Below, in pieces: positions 63,705 through 64,000 of a stretch of DNA of 64,000 bases (within the stretch, counting starts at the first letter, position 1; each line of letters begins with the position of its first letter). This stretch comes from Barthelona sp. PAP020 (Eukaryota). Position numbers and translations under genes: made by a program. The stretch lies in assembly GCA_040182905.1 (NCBI GenBank), contig JARQWU010000011.1, positions 1-64,000 on the forward strand. The letters are read 5' to 3'. The notes below the pieces were generated by a model. That model ran no database searches, had not been told where the DNA came from, and was given only the letters and a program-made list of their open reading frames with translations.

Positions 63705-64000
63705 ATTTCCAGGCCAAGAAGCACTGTGCGTATGAGTGAATAAAAAAGAATAGTATCTATTTGGTTAAAGGCTTTCGAGGCCCGATTAATCTGTTGAAAA
63801 ACTTTAGATTTTCTAAGGTAAAGTTTAACCTTTAAAATTTTGCTTTTGCAAAAATACAAAAAAAATCGGAATGAAGAATTTCTCCGAAATTCTCCTACTT
63901 GATCATTCCAATTACATTTCAGTCCCTCAATCCTCCTGGGAATTTGACTGAAATTTGCTAGAATGAGTTTTCTGAGTTTACTTTCTTTGTAAATAAATAT
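63705..64000 (+). repeat. Repeat family 2, near full-length copy (runs off window)
   Basis: Near-colinear with 35377-35670. Confidence 0.9.

Noticed and set aside
1..64000. CRISPR arrays, rRNA, tRNA, telomeric repeats, transposase or RT genes
   Set aside because: None seen; the repeats are dispersed and non-coding, with no regular repeat-spacer pattern.

Overview
This is AT-rich, very gene-dense, intron-poor eukaryotic nuclear DNA using the standard genetic code, from a flagellated and probably anaerobic protist; the lineage cannot be determined from this window. About 33 protein genes are supported. Ciliary: IFT54, IFT80, ENKD1, CFAP91, CFAP99 and a multi-EF-hand protein. Housekeeping: Epl1/EPC, Leo1, an N-truncated Prp31, Vps23, prefoldin 2, proteasome alpha-3, a DEAH helicase, Rrp1, Gos1, a 4-repeat Myb and myotubularin. 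Metabolic/accessory: a pepsin-like protease, DGAT2, an EcKinase-like kinase, a membrane-inserted MBL hydrolase, a fused dihydropyrimidine dehydrogenase, a GAF-PAS class III cyclase and a large subtilase-EGF-CUB-PSI-GPS membrane protein. Four 36-43 nt GT-AG introns missed by the ORF track were found, all lacking +5G. Intergenic DNA carries two dispersed ~300 bp repeat families that co-cluster: one with copy-specific terminal inverted repeats and one hairpin-rich. There is also a diverged ~500 bp tandem duplication. The first ~5.6 kb is a decaying island with a broken kinase-WD40 gene. One MRH/M6PR-like gene has a single in-frame TGA. No tRNA, rRNA or CRISPR array was seen. All homology calls are from motif recognition by eye, not database searches.
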